64,000 nucleotides of DNA, taken from NCBI GenBank assembly GCA_963662435.1, contig OY759598.1, positions 2,512,507-2,576,506 of the forward strand. Direction: 5' to 3'. This document shows positions 46,468-55,686 of the stretch, in pieces; position 1 is the stretch's first letter, and each line of letters starts with the position of its first letter. Position numbers and translations under genes: made by a program. The stretch is from Dehalococcoidia bacterium. GTDB lineage: Bacteria > Chloroflexota > Dehalococcoidia > Lucifugimonadales > VXLM01. A model generated the notes under the pieces. It saw only the letters and a program-made list of their open reading frames with translations. It did not search any database and was not told the DNA's origin.

Positions 46468-48459
46468 CTATCCCTCTGTTGACCGCTGGGGTGGCTGTGA
46501 CAGGAGGGTGTTGGCGACCTCGGAGAGTGCCAGAGGATTGCCCTTGGTCTGGGTGTAGAGTCCCTTGACGAAGGTGGCTGACAGGGAGACGCCATAGTTG
46601 CCCTGGATCATCTCCATGACGTCATCCTCCGTAAGGTTGGAGAGCAGCACTCGCTGCAGAATTCGACGACGCTTGAAGTAGGCGAGGACCTCCGCCAAAG
46701 GATGGCTGCCCGGCAGGGCGGATGTTGGCTCCATTGTGCCGATGAGGAACACCCGCATCGTATGCAGTTCGGGAACGATGAAGCGAACCATAGCCAGGGT
46801 CGAGTCATCGGCGCGATGGAGATCGTCGAGGACGATTACGAGAGGGTTGTCCTCGGACGCCGCCTTGAGGAAGCTCGCAAACGCTTCATACAGGCGGAAG
46901 CTCGGCTGCTGAGGATCGTCCATATCGGGCGGAGGCTCTAGGCCTGCCAGCTTCTGACGGACATCCGCCACTATCACGGCGATCTCAGACGCGCCTTCGC
47001 CCAACTCGCGTTCAAGCTGCTCCCCATCGGAGTTCTGCACGTGGGACCGGATGGCCTGCACCCAGGGCCAGTAGGCGGTTGACGCGCCCTTCTCATCCGC
47101 TCTACCCCAGAGTACCTTCGCGCCTCGTTCCCCGGCATAGACTGCCAGCTCGTGGGCGATTCTGCTTTTCCCTATGCCCGGCTCGCCCTCAATCATGAGA
47201 AAACGTCCACGCCCGGACATGGTCTCCTCGAGGCCTGAGCGCAGTACGGCCATCTGCTCATCTCGTCCGACGAAGACTCCATCAACCATCTCTTCCAGAG
47301 AATCGATGCTGAGACTGGAGGTATGCATACCGCTTGACGAAGAGCCGTTTCCCCGGGACTGTTTCCCGCTCACCTGGACATTGTCGAGGGCCTTGATAAC
47401 CTCTGCCGCCGACTTTGGCCTTCTCTTCGGGTCCTTGGCAAGCAAGCGCAGAATGAGCGCTTCGAGCGGTCTCGGACAGTACGGGTTGTGCCAGACCGGG
47501 GACACCGGCTCCGTCTCCAGATGCTGACGCACCACCGAGGGCGAGTCATATCCCATGAAGGGTGGTCTTCCGCAGACCATTTCATAGAGGACCACACCAA
47601 GTCCGTACAGGTCGGCGCGGGGGGTTACCTCGCTGCCGGTTATCTGCTCGGGCGACATGTAGGTCACCGTGCCGACGATGTTGCCGGACTGCGTTACCTG
47701 GGCGCGATTGCGGGACTTGGCGAGGCCGAAGTCTCCGATCTTGGCCGTGCCGTCCTTGGTGAGCCAGATGTTTCCGGGCTTGACGTCGCGATGCACGATG
47801 CCGTTTGAGTGGGCGAAGTCAAGGCCTCGACACACCTGCCTCGTCAGCCGAATTACGTCGTGAAGCGGAGGTCGACCATTCGGCGCTTCCTCGATGAGGC
47901 TAGCCACGTCGCCCCTTCCCATCAATTCCGTTACCAGATACGGGTGAGGCTCCTTTGAGTCCTTGGGCACAAACTCACCGAAATCGAACACCGTAACGAT
48001 GTGAGGGTGCGAACCGAGCCTTCCCATGGCCTGCGCCTCGAGGGTGATCCTCTGTCGCGAAATCGCGTCCAGGGTCTCGATCTTGACTACGGCAATCGCG
48101 ACATCGCGGTCGAGGAGGGCGTCCCTGGCCTCGAATACGTGCTTCTTCGCTCCCTCGCCGATCATCCTGCCCAGCGAGTAGCGCCCGTTGATCACGGTAA
48201 CCGATGCACCCGCAAGGTCCATGGACATCGACGAGTGAGCAGACTGTCCAGTCGCGGACCCACCGGAGGAGTCTTCGCCGAGGGCCCTTTGCGCCGCGGC
48301 CAGGAACGCCTGAGCGTCCACGTTGTTCGGTTCGAGAGCCAACACATCAATGCACTTTTCGCGGACTGCTTCCCACTGCCGCGAGATGACCGCCTCCTCC
48401 AACTCTTCGAGAAGCCTCACGACTTGGCGCTGTACCCGCACACTGCTGACGAGGGTCAT
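46468..48459 (-). CDS. Ser/Thr protein kinase fused to an AAA ATPase domain (probably C-terminally truncated)
   Basis: HRDVKPGN, GDFGLA, YMSPEQ; FVGR, GEPGIGKS, LDDLH, GNPL. Confidence 0.9.
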   Translation of the reverse strand: MTLVSSVRVQRQVVRLLEELEEAVISRQWEAVREKCIDVLALEPNNVDAQAFLAAAQRALGEDSSGGSATGQSAHSSMSMDLAGASVTVINGRYSLGRMIGEGAKKHVFEARDALLDRDVAIAVVKIETLDAISRQRITLEAQAMGRLGSHPHIVTVFDFGEFVPKDSKEPHPYLVTELMGRGDVASLIEEAPNGRPPLHDVIRLTRQVCRGLDFAHSNGIVHRDVKPGNIWLTKDGTAKIGDFGLAKSRNRAQVTQSGNIVGTVTYMSPEQITGSEVTPRADLYGLGVVLYEMVCGRPPFMGYDSPSVVRQHLETEPVSPVWHNPYCPRPLEALILRLLAKDPKRRPKSAAEVIKALDNVQVSGKQSRGNGSSSSGMHTSSLSIDSLEEMVDGVFVGRDEQMAVLRSGLEETMSGRGRFLMIEGEPGIGKSRIAHELAVYAGERGAKVLWGRADEKGASTAYWPWVQAIRSHVQNSDGEQLERELGEGASEIAVIVADVRQKLAGLEPPPDMDDPQQPSFRLYEAFASFLKAASEDNPLVIVLDDLHRADDSTLAMVRFIVPELHTMRVFLIGTMEPTSALPGSHPLAEVLAYFKRRRILQRVLLSNLTEDDVMEMIQGNYGVSLSATFVKGLYTQTKGNPLALSEVANTLLSQPPQRSTEG

Positions 48460-48614
48460 AGTAGCCTTTCAAGAATTCGGAGTATTCTTAGATTATGACC
48501 AAAGAGAGTTTCGACTGCTAGCATATTTCTGCTCTTGTATTCGCAGACTTTGCGGATTTCTGCGATTACTCGCTATCCTAATGCCCCTACTCCAGACCGT
48601 GAGAGGAACCATCG

Positions 48615-49088
48615 ATGGGCGACGACATAACTGCAAGAAAGGCCATTCCATCCGACTTCGACACGTTGTTTGAGTTATTCATAGAAAGCGGAGGAGGAAG
48701 GATGGGGAGCAAACGCGACCTTCTGCGGAACGGACTTCGCAAGCTCCTGTCCTCTCCTGAGCTGGGCTTCATCATCGTCGCGGAGGCGGACGGGGCAATT
48801 GTCGGAAAGCTGCGTGTGCAGTTCGAGTGGAGCCCGTATCGCAATGGCACGTTTTGGTGGATAGAAAACGTCTACGTGGTGCCCGAGTGGAGGAGGAAGG
48901 GTGTCTACGGCGCCATGCACAAGCACGTCCATGACGCGGCGGAGGCCGATCCCGAAGTCTGCGGCATCAGGCTATACGCAGAGGAGTACAACCGTGGTGC
49001 ACGCAGGACCTACAAGAGCGTCGGGATGAACGGATTCATGGCGGAACTGTTCGAGACCGACTTCGTGTATGGGCCGCGACCGACGTGA
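48615..49088 (+). CDS. GNAT family acetyltransferase
   Basis: WWIENVYVVPEWRRKGVY, GIRLY...N..A..TY...GM. Confidence 0.88.
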   Translation: MGDDITARKAIPSDFDTLFELFIESGGGRMGSKRDLLRNGLRKLLSSPELGFIIVAEADGAIVGKLRVQFEWSPYRNGTFWWIENVYVVPEWRRKGVYGAMHKHVHDAAEADPEVCGIRLYAEEYNRGARRTYKSVGMNGFMAELFETDFVYGPRPT

Positions 49089-49110
49089 CCAAGAGGGCGT
49101 CGTTGCTGCT

Positions 49111-49421
49111 CTACTGGGCGTCAACCAACTCACAAGGTCGGATTTTCTCTATGTGGTCCGCCTCAGCACGCTGGGTGTGGTACAGATCCCAGCGGAGTTG
49201 CAGGTTCATCCAGAATTCCGGGGAGGCGCTAAGGAAACTCGAAAGGCGTATGCCGTGCTCGGGGTTACCCCACGACGCCCCCGGACGACCTCGTTGACAC
49301 GCTGGTAGGGTACCTGGATCGCGTTGGCCAAAGCTTGCTGAGTCATCCCCATGGGCAAGAGGAACTCATGCAGCAGCATCTCCCCGGGGTGAGTCGGTTT
49401 CGAGGTTAGACGAAACCCCAC
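49111..49421 (-). pseudogene. higA: HigA antitoxin pseudogene (frameshifted)
   Basis: PTHPGEMLLHEFL.PMG.TQ..LA...VPYQRVNE...RRGVTPSTA, then a 1-nt shift near 49250 continues RLSSFLSASPEFWMNLQLRWDLY...DAQ*. Confidence 0.85.
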
Positions 49422-49479
49422 CTACGCCAACGGCATGTGGACTCCCACTGTAGCGGGAGAGACGTACGTGATGGGCGGG

Positions 49480-50298
49480 CTACTTTCGGACGGCGACGAT
49501 GCCCAGCCAGTTTCGTGGGATCCACTCAACCTTCAGTTCTTCGAAGGCCTGATTGACGCCCGCCTGCAGAGCGGCGCTGGCCTTTTCGAACGGGACGCCC
49601 GGCAGGGAGCCCTCTATGAAATCCGAGAAGGTGCTGATGTCAAGGAAGCCGGCCCTGGTGAATTCGACCGTCTCGATCTTCTGCTCGATGACTTCAAAGC
49701 CCTGCCGTTCGAGCAGTTCCCTATATTCGTCGGCGGTGAGCTGCATGCGTGCCTGGACTCTGTCCGTCTTCACGGGAGACATGCCGTACTCGCGTCTGAG
49801 GATCCGATTGGCTTTCAGCATCCACTTGCGATAGAAGATGAGGGACTCATCAGGGAGGGAACCTTCGTAGAAGGTCGTGTTGAACGCCAGCTTTCCACCC
49901 GGCTTCAAAGTCTTTGCAATCTCCGCAACCACGGCATCCTTGTCCGGGATGTAGTGGATCGCATTACAGAGAATGACTGTGTCCGCCTTCTCCTTCACTG
50001 CATCGGAGATGTTCTCCATCTGGCTCTGAACGAACTGAATGGCCGTATCGCCCCTGCCCTTCAATTCTTCCATTGCCTGCTTGAGGGCAGACGATGAGTG
50101 GTCGATGCCGATGATGACGGAGTTCTTAGCGCCCTCCAGGCGGTCGGCGATGATCTTCGTGACGCCGCCGGTGCCACACGCCAGATCGATGATTCGCTGT
50201 CCCGAACCCACGCCTGCGAGGTCGACGAGCAACGCATTCTGCTGCCCGTAGAATTCGTGCTCGGAAAATCGTTTGAAGCTGTAGTCAGTGGAGGTCAT
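49480..50298 (-). CDS. class I SAM-dependent methyltransferase
   Basis: IIDLACGTG, IGID, NAIHY, LKPGG. Confidence 0.88.
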   Translation of the reverse strand: MTSTDYSFKRFSEHEFYGQQNALLVDLAGVGSGQRIIDLACGTGGVTKIIADRLEGAKNSVIIGIDHSSSALKQAMEELKGRGDTAIQFVQSQMENISDAVKEKADTVILCNAIHYIPDKDAVVAEIAKTLKPGGKLAFNTTFYEGSLPDESLIFYRKWMLKANRILRREYGMSPVKTDRVQARMQLTADEYRELLERQGFEVIEQKIETVEFTRAGFLDISTFSDFIEGSLPGVPFEKASAALQAGVNQAFEELKVEWIPRNWLGIVAVRK

Positions 50299-50400
50299 AT
50301 CGCTCCCCTCTCGGCGCACCTATGACGGTGCCAATACCAAGAACCCCTGTGTGAAACCGGCAATCATCGTAGCAAACCGTAGGGTGGATGTCCAACTATA

Positions 50401-51012
50401 CTATGTAGTTTTCACGATTCCGCTGACAGAGTATTCGCCAACCTGTAATTCCTGTCGGATGACCTGCGCCACTGCCTTGCCCAAGAGGACGTATCCCTCG
50501 GGCGTGTAGTGCAGGCCGTTCCTTGCCATGTACCGCTCCATGCCGCTCTCACGGGTGAGTCGATGCAGGTCCACGACCGCCACGCCGTACCTGCCCGCCA
50601 GCTCGGCCGCGCATGCGTTGTATTCCAGCACGTCGGTATCCAGCCGCCCATACGTGTTGAGCTTGTCCCGCCGCTCGTGATAAATCGGTGTGGTATGTGC
50701 CCAGGTGATCGCGGTATCGGTATTCTCCCGTATACGCCGGAAAATCTCTTCGAGGTTCTGCCTGAACTCCGGCAGCGGCACTGTCTGAGGGTCTCCGGGC
50801 CGGAACCGGCGAATCTCGTGGAGGCCGCAATTGAAGTGGAAGACATCCGGCCTGGGACCGATGACCCACTCGTCAAGCTGCGCCAGCACGTCGCGGGTCG
50901 TCTTGATCGTCTCGGTCGGGCCCCAGACGTCAGCGACGCCCGCGAGCTCTTCGCTCACCGTCGGCTGGTAGTCCCTTCTAATACAGTCGCCTATCAGCGT
51001 GACCGTCTTCAT
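50401..51012 (-). CDS. SGNH/GDSL hydrolase family protein (variant active site)
   Basis: LIGDCI, HFNCGLHE, WA.TTP, YN, NGLHY.PEGY..LG. Confidence 0.82.
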   Translation of the reverse strand: MKTVTLIGDCIRRDYQPTVSEELAGVADVWGPTETIKTTRDVLAQLDEWVIGPRPDVFHFNCGLHEIRRFRPGDPQTVPLPEFRQNLEEIFRRIRENTDTAITWAHTTPIYHERRDKLNTYGRLDTDVLEYNACAAELAGRYGVAVVDLHRLTRESGMERYMARNGLHYTPEGYVLLGKAVAQVIRQELQVGEYSVSGIVKTT

Positions 51013-51050
51013 GGAACTTCCCTTTCCAGACTCAGTGTAATTGAGAGACA

Positions 51051-51812
51051 CTAACCGGACGAGACCAGGTGCATGAACTCCGCACTTCTCGGCTCGCGCT
51101 CCAGGATATAGGTGATATAGGCGCTCAAGACCTGGCGCAGGTCTTCGATTATGCGCTCCGAGAGCGGCAGTTCGAGGGCTTGAGGAATGTCGGCGACCTG
51201 GAAGAACCGCAGCACCTTGATGGCGTTGAGCGACACGTGAATCAGCGCGCCATTCGTCCGGCTTCGGCACTCCGGCCCGACCAGCCCACCCCCGTCGCAG
51301 GAGAAAACGTGGTCGCCCGCCGAGAGCTCGGCGCCGCAGTCAACGCACTGATGCACCTCAGGGCCGAATCCGGCTACGCCCAGCATTCTTGTCTCAAAGT
51401 ACCGTGCAAGCTGTTCAGGACGCTCGGTGGACTCCAACGCGTTCAATGCGGCGACCAACAGGCGAAACTCCGAGGGATTGACCGCACCATCGGCAGAGAA
51501 CCCGTCGACAAGCTCCGCCATATACATACCTGCCGAGACGAGGCCGAGGTCCTCCCGCACCTTACGGAAGCTCGCCACGGTCTCGGCTTCGACCACCTGG
51601 TCGAGGCTGCGTCCTTCCGCTATCGAGACGCGGACATGGGTGAGGGGCTGCAGGAACCCGCCCTTGCGGCTCTTCGCGCGGCGGGCGCCCTTGACAACCG
51701 CCCGCACCTTTCCCCTATCCGGCGTGTAGAGGGTAACGATGCGGTCCGCCTCGCCGAGACGCATGTGCTTGAGCACGAGTCCTTCGGTGTTGTATGTCTT
51801 CGGTCTCGGCAA
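51051..51812 (-). CDS. recO: DNA repair protein RecO
   Basis: GEADRIVTLYT...GKVRAV.KGARR.KS, CVDCG zinc motif. Confidence 0.94.
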   Translation of the reverse strand: MPRPKTYNTEGLVLKHMRLGEADRIVTLYTPDRGKVRAVVKGARRAKSRKGGFLQPLTHVRVSIAEGRSLDQVVEAETVASFRKVREDLGLVSAGMYMAELVDGFSADGAVNPSEFRLLVAALNALESTERPEQLARYFETRMLGVAGFGPEVHQCVDCGAELSAGDHVFSCDGGGLVGPECRSRTNGALIHVSLNAIKVLRFFQVADIPQALELPLSERIIEDLRQVLSAYITYILEREPRSAEFMHLVSSG

Positions 51813-51876
51813 GGAGTTTGTCCCCGATCAGACGGAAACCCCTACAGGCGAATAGGCTTCGAAGGGTTCCGTATGT

Positions 51877-52491
51877 CTAGAATTCCTGGCGGCCTTCCAA
51901 CGCTCGTCCAAGGGTCACTTCGTCGGCGTACTCGAGGTCGCCGCCGACCGGCAAGCCGCGAGCGGGTCGTGTCACCCTGATGCCAAGGGGAGAGATTAGA
52001 CCGTGCAGGTACATCGAGGTGGCCTCTCCCTCCAGGTTGGGGTTCGTCGCGAGAACCACCTCGGTCACTTCGGAACCCCTCAGCCTCTTCAGCAGGGAAG
52101 CTATCTTGAGGTCCTCAGGACGAATTCCGTTCATGGGCGAAATCGCCCCGTGCAGGACATGGTATAGACCATCGAAGGCCCCGGTGCGTTCGAGAGCGGG
52201 AACGTCCATCGGCTCCTCCACCACGCAGATCCTTGTGCGGTCGCGGCTTGAGTCCTGGCAGAGGCGGCAGGGGTCGTTTTCGGTGATGTTGGCACAGTCG
52301 GAGCACAGGATGATCCTCTGCTTGACGGCGAGAATCGCATCGGCGAGGGCGCGCGAGTGCTCGTCCCCCATGCGTATGAGGTGGTACGCCAGCCGCTGGG
52401 CCGACTTTGGGCCGATCCCCGGCAGCTTGTGAAGCTCTTCGACGAGCTTGCCGACGGGGTCCGCGGACGAGTATGCCCCAGGTTCGTTCAT
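51877..52491 (-). CDS. recR: recombination mediator RecR
   Basis: LPGIGPKSAQRLA, C4 zinc finger, YHVLHG, ATNPNLEGEAT, GLPVGGDLEYAD. Confidence 0.97.
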   Translation of the reverse strand: MNEPGAYSSADPVGKLVEELHKLPGIGPKSAQRLAYHLIRMGDEHSRALADAILAVKQRIILCSDCANITENDPCRLCQDSSRDRTRICVVEEPMDVPALERTGAFDGLYHVLHGAISPMNGIRPEDLKIASLLKRLRGSEVTEVVLATNPNLEGEATSMYLHGLISPLGIRVTRPARGLPVGGDLEYADEVTLGRALEGRQEF

Positions 52492-52539
52492 CTATCTGCG
52501 AGTCCTCAAATGCCCGACGCCGCTGAGTTACGGTTTCCC

Positions 52540-52848
52540 CTACATCAGTCCCGGAATCTTCATTCCTCCGGTCAGAGCGGCCATCTGCTTGCTGACGGTC
52601 TCTTCCGCTCGGCTCAGGCCGTCGTTCACCGCGGCAAGCACCATGTCCTGCAGGAGTTCCACGTCTTCGGGATCGACGACGTCCGGGTCGATGGTGATGG
52701 ACAGGACGTGCATCTTGCCGGTCACCGTGGCTGTGACTGCGCCTCCTCCTGCCGAACCCTCAACGGTGAGGGTCTCCATCTCCTCCTGCATCTGCTCCAT
52801 GCGTTTCTGGAGCTGCTGGGCCTGTTTTATCATCTTCTTATTCATCAT
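52540..52848 (-). CDS. ybaB: YbaB/EbfC nucleoid-associated protein
   Basis: QAQQLQ..M, GSAGGGAV, DPEDVELLQD; between dnaX and recR. Confidence 0.95.
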   Translation of the reverse strand: MMNKKMIKQAQQLQKRMEQMQEEMETLTVEGSAGGGAVTATVTGKMHVLSITIDPDVVDPEDVELLQDMVLAAVNDGLSRAEETVSKQMAALTGGMKIPGLM

Positions 52849-54499
52849 CCGGGGATTCCTCCTTTTCGCTGACCACGCGAGCGCCCATCAAACGCGCTGC
52901 CCGCACGAGGTGGCTCTTCTGCGCTACGCTCTGCTTGGGGCCGTTTCCGCCCCCGCCTTCAAGCGTCATCGCGATCTCGTAATCGCCTCCCATAGCCTTC
53001 TGTACCGCGTCACGAACGAGCCGCCTGCTTGCGGGATCGTCGAATTCTTCCTGCATCCGCTCCATGTGTGCCTTGTGAGCGAACACGAGGGTGAGCTTGT
53101 CATCCTCGACGCTGCGTTTACGACAGTCACGCAACAGGCTGCCGAGGTTGTATTTCTTCCCCTTGGCGTGACGCAGTTCCCGGACGACCTGTTCCCATTC
53201 CGGGTCCGCCTGGCGAGGCGGCGTGGAAGCCGCCGGCTGGCGGTACTGGGACGGGTCGCGGGCATCGGGAGGGACTCCCCTGTTTCCCGCAGGTGGACCG
53301 CCGACAGGGGCCGCGGCGCGGGGCTGCTGACGTGCCGGTGCTCGAGGGGGAGCCGTACCCTGTCCCGCGGGCACAGGAGCAGGAGCGGGCGGAGCCGGAG
53401 CCGGGGGCGCTTGGACGACGGTAGGCTTGGGCGCAATGCTCGATTCGACCAAGGCCAATTCCAGGGGGAGCGTCGAAACGAGATCGCGCTTCACGTCGAC
53501 CGCTGAGAAGGTCTTGAGCACATGGACGAGGTGATCCAGCGACAGGCTGTCGGCCAGCTTTCGGAGCTCAACCTTGACCTCCTCGTCAAACCCCAGCGAA
53601 GACTCGACGGACGATTTTATGAGGAGTGTCCCTCGCAGGTGGTCCATGACCATCCGATGGAACTGCTGGAGGTCCACTCCCTGGGAGCCGACCTCGTTAA
53701 TTACGGCCAACCCTTCCTTGGTCTCGTTCTTCAGGGCGTGCTGCGCCAGTTCCAGCGCCCGCTCGTCTCCCCCCAGCTCAAGCAGATCGCGCACCTGTTC
53801 CGCCCGAAGCGGAGAACCATAAGACACCATCGCCTGTTCGAGCAGGTTCTCGGCATCGCGCAGGCTGCCGGAGGACGATCGTGCCAGCAACGCCAGCGCC
53901 TCCGGCTCGACCGCGCAACCCTCCTGTTTGGCGAGAGAGTCGAGTTGCATCTGGATGGTATCGAGGGAGATTCGACGGAAGTCGTACCGCTGGCACCGGG
54001 AGATGATCGTGAGGGGCACCTTGTGGATTTCGGTCGTGGCGAGGATGAAGATGGCGTGGGCGGGCGGCTCTTCGAGGGTCTTCAACAGCGCGTTGAAGGC
54101 TGGCTCGGTGAGCATGTGGACCTCGTCGATAATGTAGACCTTGTACTTGCCCTCGTGGGGCGTGTAGCCGACCTTGTCACGCAAGTCGCGAATGTCGTCG
54201 ATGCCGCGATTGCTGGCCGCGTCGATTTCGATGAGGTCGAGAGAGCGACCTTCGTTGATGGACAGGCAGATGTCGCAGGAATCGTCCGGCTCTCCGTCCT
54301 GCGGATCACGGCAGTTGGCGGCCTTCGCCATGATGCGGGCGGTACTCGTCTTTCCCGTTCCGCGAGGGCCGGTGAACAGGTAAGCATGGGCAAGTCGTCC
54401 AAGCGACACGGCATTCCGCAGCGTCTGGGTGACGGCTTCCTGTCCGACGACCTGTTCGAGTCGCCTGGGACGCCACTTTCTGTAAAGGACCTCTGCCAT
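52838..54499 (-). CDS. dnaX: DNA polymerase III subunit gamma/tau
   Basis: LYRKWRP, GPRGTGKTS, EIDAASN, IIDEVHML, ISRCQ. Confidence 0.97.
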   Translation of the reverse strand: MAEVLYRKWRPRRLEQVVGQEAVTQTLRNAVSLGRLAHAYLFTGPRGTGKTSTARIMAKAANCRDPQDGEPDDSCDICLSINEGRSLDLIEIDAASNRGIDDIRDLRDKVGYTPHEGKYKVYIIDEVHMLTEPAFNALLKTLEEPPAHAIFILATTEIHKVPLTIISRCQRYDFRRISLDTIQMQLDSLAKQEGCAVEPEALALLARSSSGSLRDAENLLEQAMVSYGSPLRAEQVRDLLELGGDERALELAQHALKNETKEGLAVINEVGSQGVDLQQFHRMVMDHLRGTLLIKSSVESSLGFDEEVKVELRKLADSLSLDHLVHVLKTFSAVDVKRDLVSTLPLELALVESSIAPKPTVVQAPPAPAPPAPAPVPAGQGTAPPRAPARQQPRAAAPVGGPPAGNRGVPPDARDPSQYRQPAASTPPRQADPEWEQVVRELRHAKGKKYNLGSLLRDCRKRSVEDDKLTLVFAHKAHMERMQEEFDDPASRRLVRDAVQKAMGGDYEIAMTLEGGGGNGPKQSVAQKSHLVRAARLMGARVVSEKEESPDDE

Positions 54500-54642
54500 G
54501 TCCCTCCAACGACGGATAAGAACTCAGATCAGAGGGCAACGGCCCTCACTTACGACAATGCGAGGCAGACCATGTGGTCAATCGCCGGGACGCCCGTAGT
54601 TTCTCACACAATCAGCCGGTGTGAAACCGGCATTTCTCCGTT

Positions 54643-55155
54643 TTAGCGAGCTGCAAATCGCTCCATGGCCCGGGACGCAGCCGCATTCATCAATGCCTCG
54701 TCGTCCGGCTCCTCATGGTCGTAGCCCAGGAGGTGCAGTACGCCGTGCACCAGGAGGACGGTTAGTTCCTGATCGACAGAATGTCCGGACCGCTCGGCCT
54801 GACGGGTCGTTTGTGGGTACGAGATGATTATCTCTCCAAGCGACGCATCGTCGCTTTCGGTTGGAGGGAGCACAAAGTCGATTTCGCCCCCGGGTTTGTT
54901 CCGCTCTCCCTCGCCGTAGTACTCTCCCTCATGAGTGTACGAGAAGGACAGCACGTCGGTGTTCTCGTCCAGCCCCCTGTGCTGAAGGTTGAGGTCACGT
55001 ACGACCTCGTCGTCCGCGATCACCACGCTGACGTGGGTGTTGGGGTCACACGCTTCGGACTCCATCCCGGCGGAGACAGCGTCCAGCACCAGGCTATCGG
55101 AGACGATTTTCCCAAACTCGTCGAATATTTGGACGTTGACCCGAAAGTCCGTCAA
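54643..55155 (-). CDS. ybeY: rRNA maturation RNase YbeY
   Basis: TDVLSF, LGEIIIS, HGVLHLLGYDH. Confidence 0.95.
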   Translation of the reverse strand: MTDFRVNVQIFDEFGKIVSDSLVLDAVSAGMESEACDPNTHVSVVIADDEVVRDLNLQHRGLDENTDVLSFSYTHEGEYYGEGERNKPGGEIDFVLPPTESDDASLGEIIISYPQTTRQAERSGHSVDQELTVLLVHGVLHLLGYDHEEPDDEALMNAAASRAMERFAAR

Positions 55156-55176
55156 CGGATTCGAGAATGCCTCCCA

Positions 55177-55521
55177 CTACTCAACGCCCGCCTTCTCCTT
55201 TCCGGCTTCGTATCCCTCCGCGTATCCCAGCCGGACCGCGTGGGCCATAGCGGGCACTAGCGCCATAATGAAGCGCCCCAGGCTCGCCTCGTCGGCCTCG
55301 TCCGGCAGTTCGCCCATTTCATTCATCATGATCTGGCCGGCAATCGAGACGTATGGGCTGAGCCAGTCGGGAACGTAGTCGTCTACCTCAGCGTCGTCCG
55401 CAGCGTCCTCGACGAAGGTCAGCGTGCTGAGGGTCTCGTCGTCTCCGCTCTGTGAGGTCAGGAAATCGAGGGCGGCTCGAAAGGACGCCTCAAACTCCTC
55501 GAACGGATCGTACTGTGCCAT
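55177..55521 (-). CDS. acidic hypothetical protein
   Basis: 114 aa ORF with RBS aaggag, co-oriented with ybeY. Confidence 0.75.
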   Translation of the reverse strand: MAQYDPFEEFEASFRAALDFLTSQSGDDETLSTLTFVEDAADDAEVDDYVPDWLSPYVSIAGQIMMNEMGELPDEADEASLGRFIMALVPAMAHAVRLGYAEGYEAGKEKAGVE

Positions 55522-55686
55522 GGCGTGACTCCTTCGACAAACCGACTATGCGGACTCTCCGGATCATCCTTATCATAGCAGAATCTCTGTTCGGCAGACC
55601 GCCGAACTCGAGACTCGCGCGTACTCATTTTCGATGGAGACGGTATACTTGCTGGGCGCGCGTTTGTGCGTTAGGAGCCGTCCTTC

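Noticed and set aside
54500..54642. SRP RNA (ffs), often found upstream of dnaX
   Set aside because: The conserved helix-8 motif (CAGG...GGAA..AGCAG) was not found on either strand.
55581..55592. LexA-box-like GAATCTCTGTTC upstream of the addB-like gene
   Set aside because: One mismatch to GAAC-N4-GTTC and a single occurrence; indistinguishable from chance without a genome-wide model.
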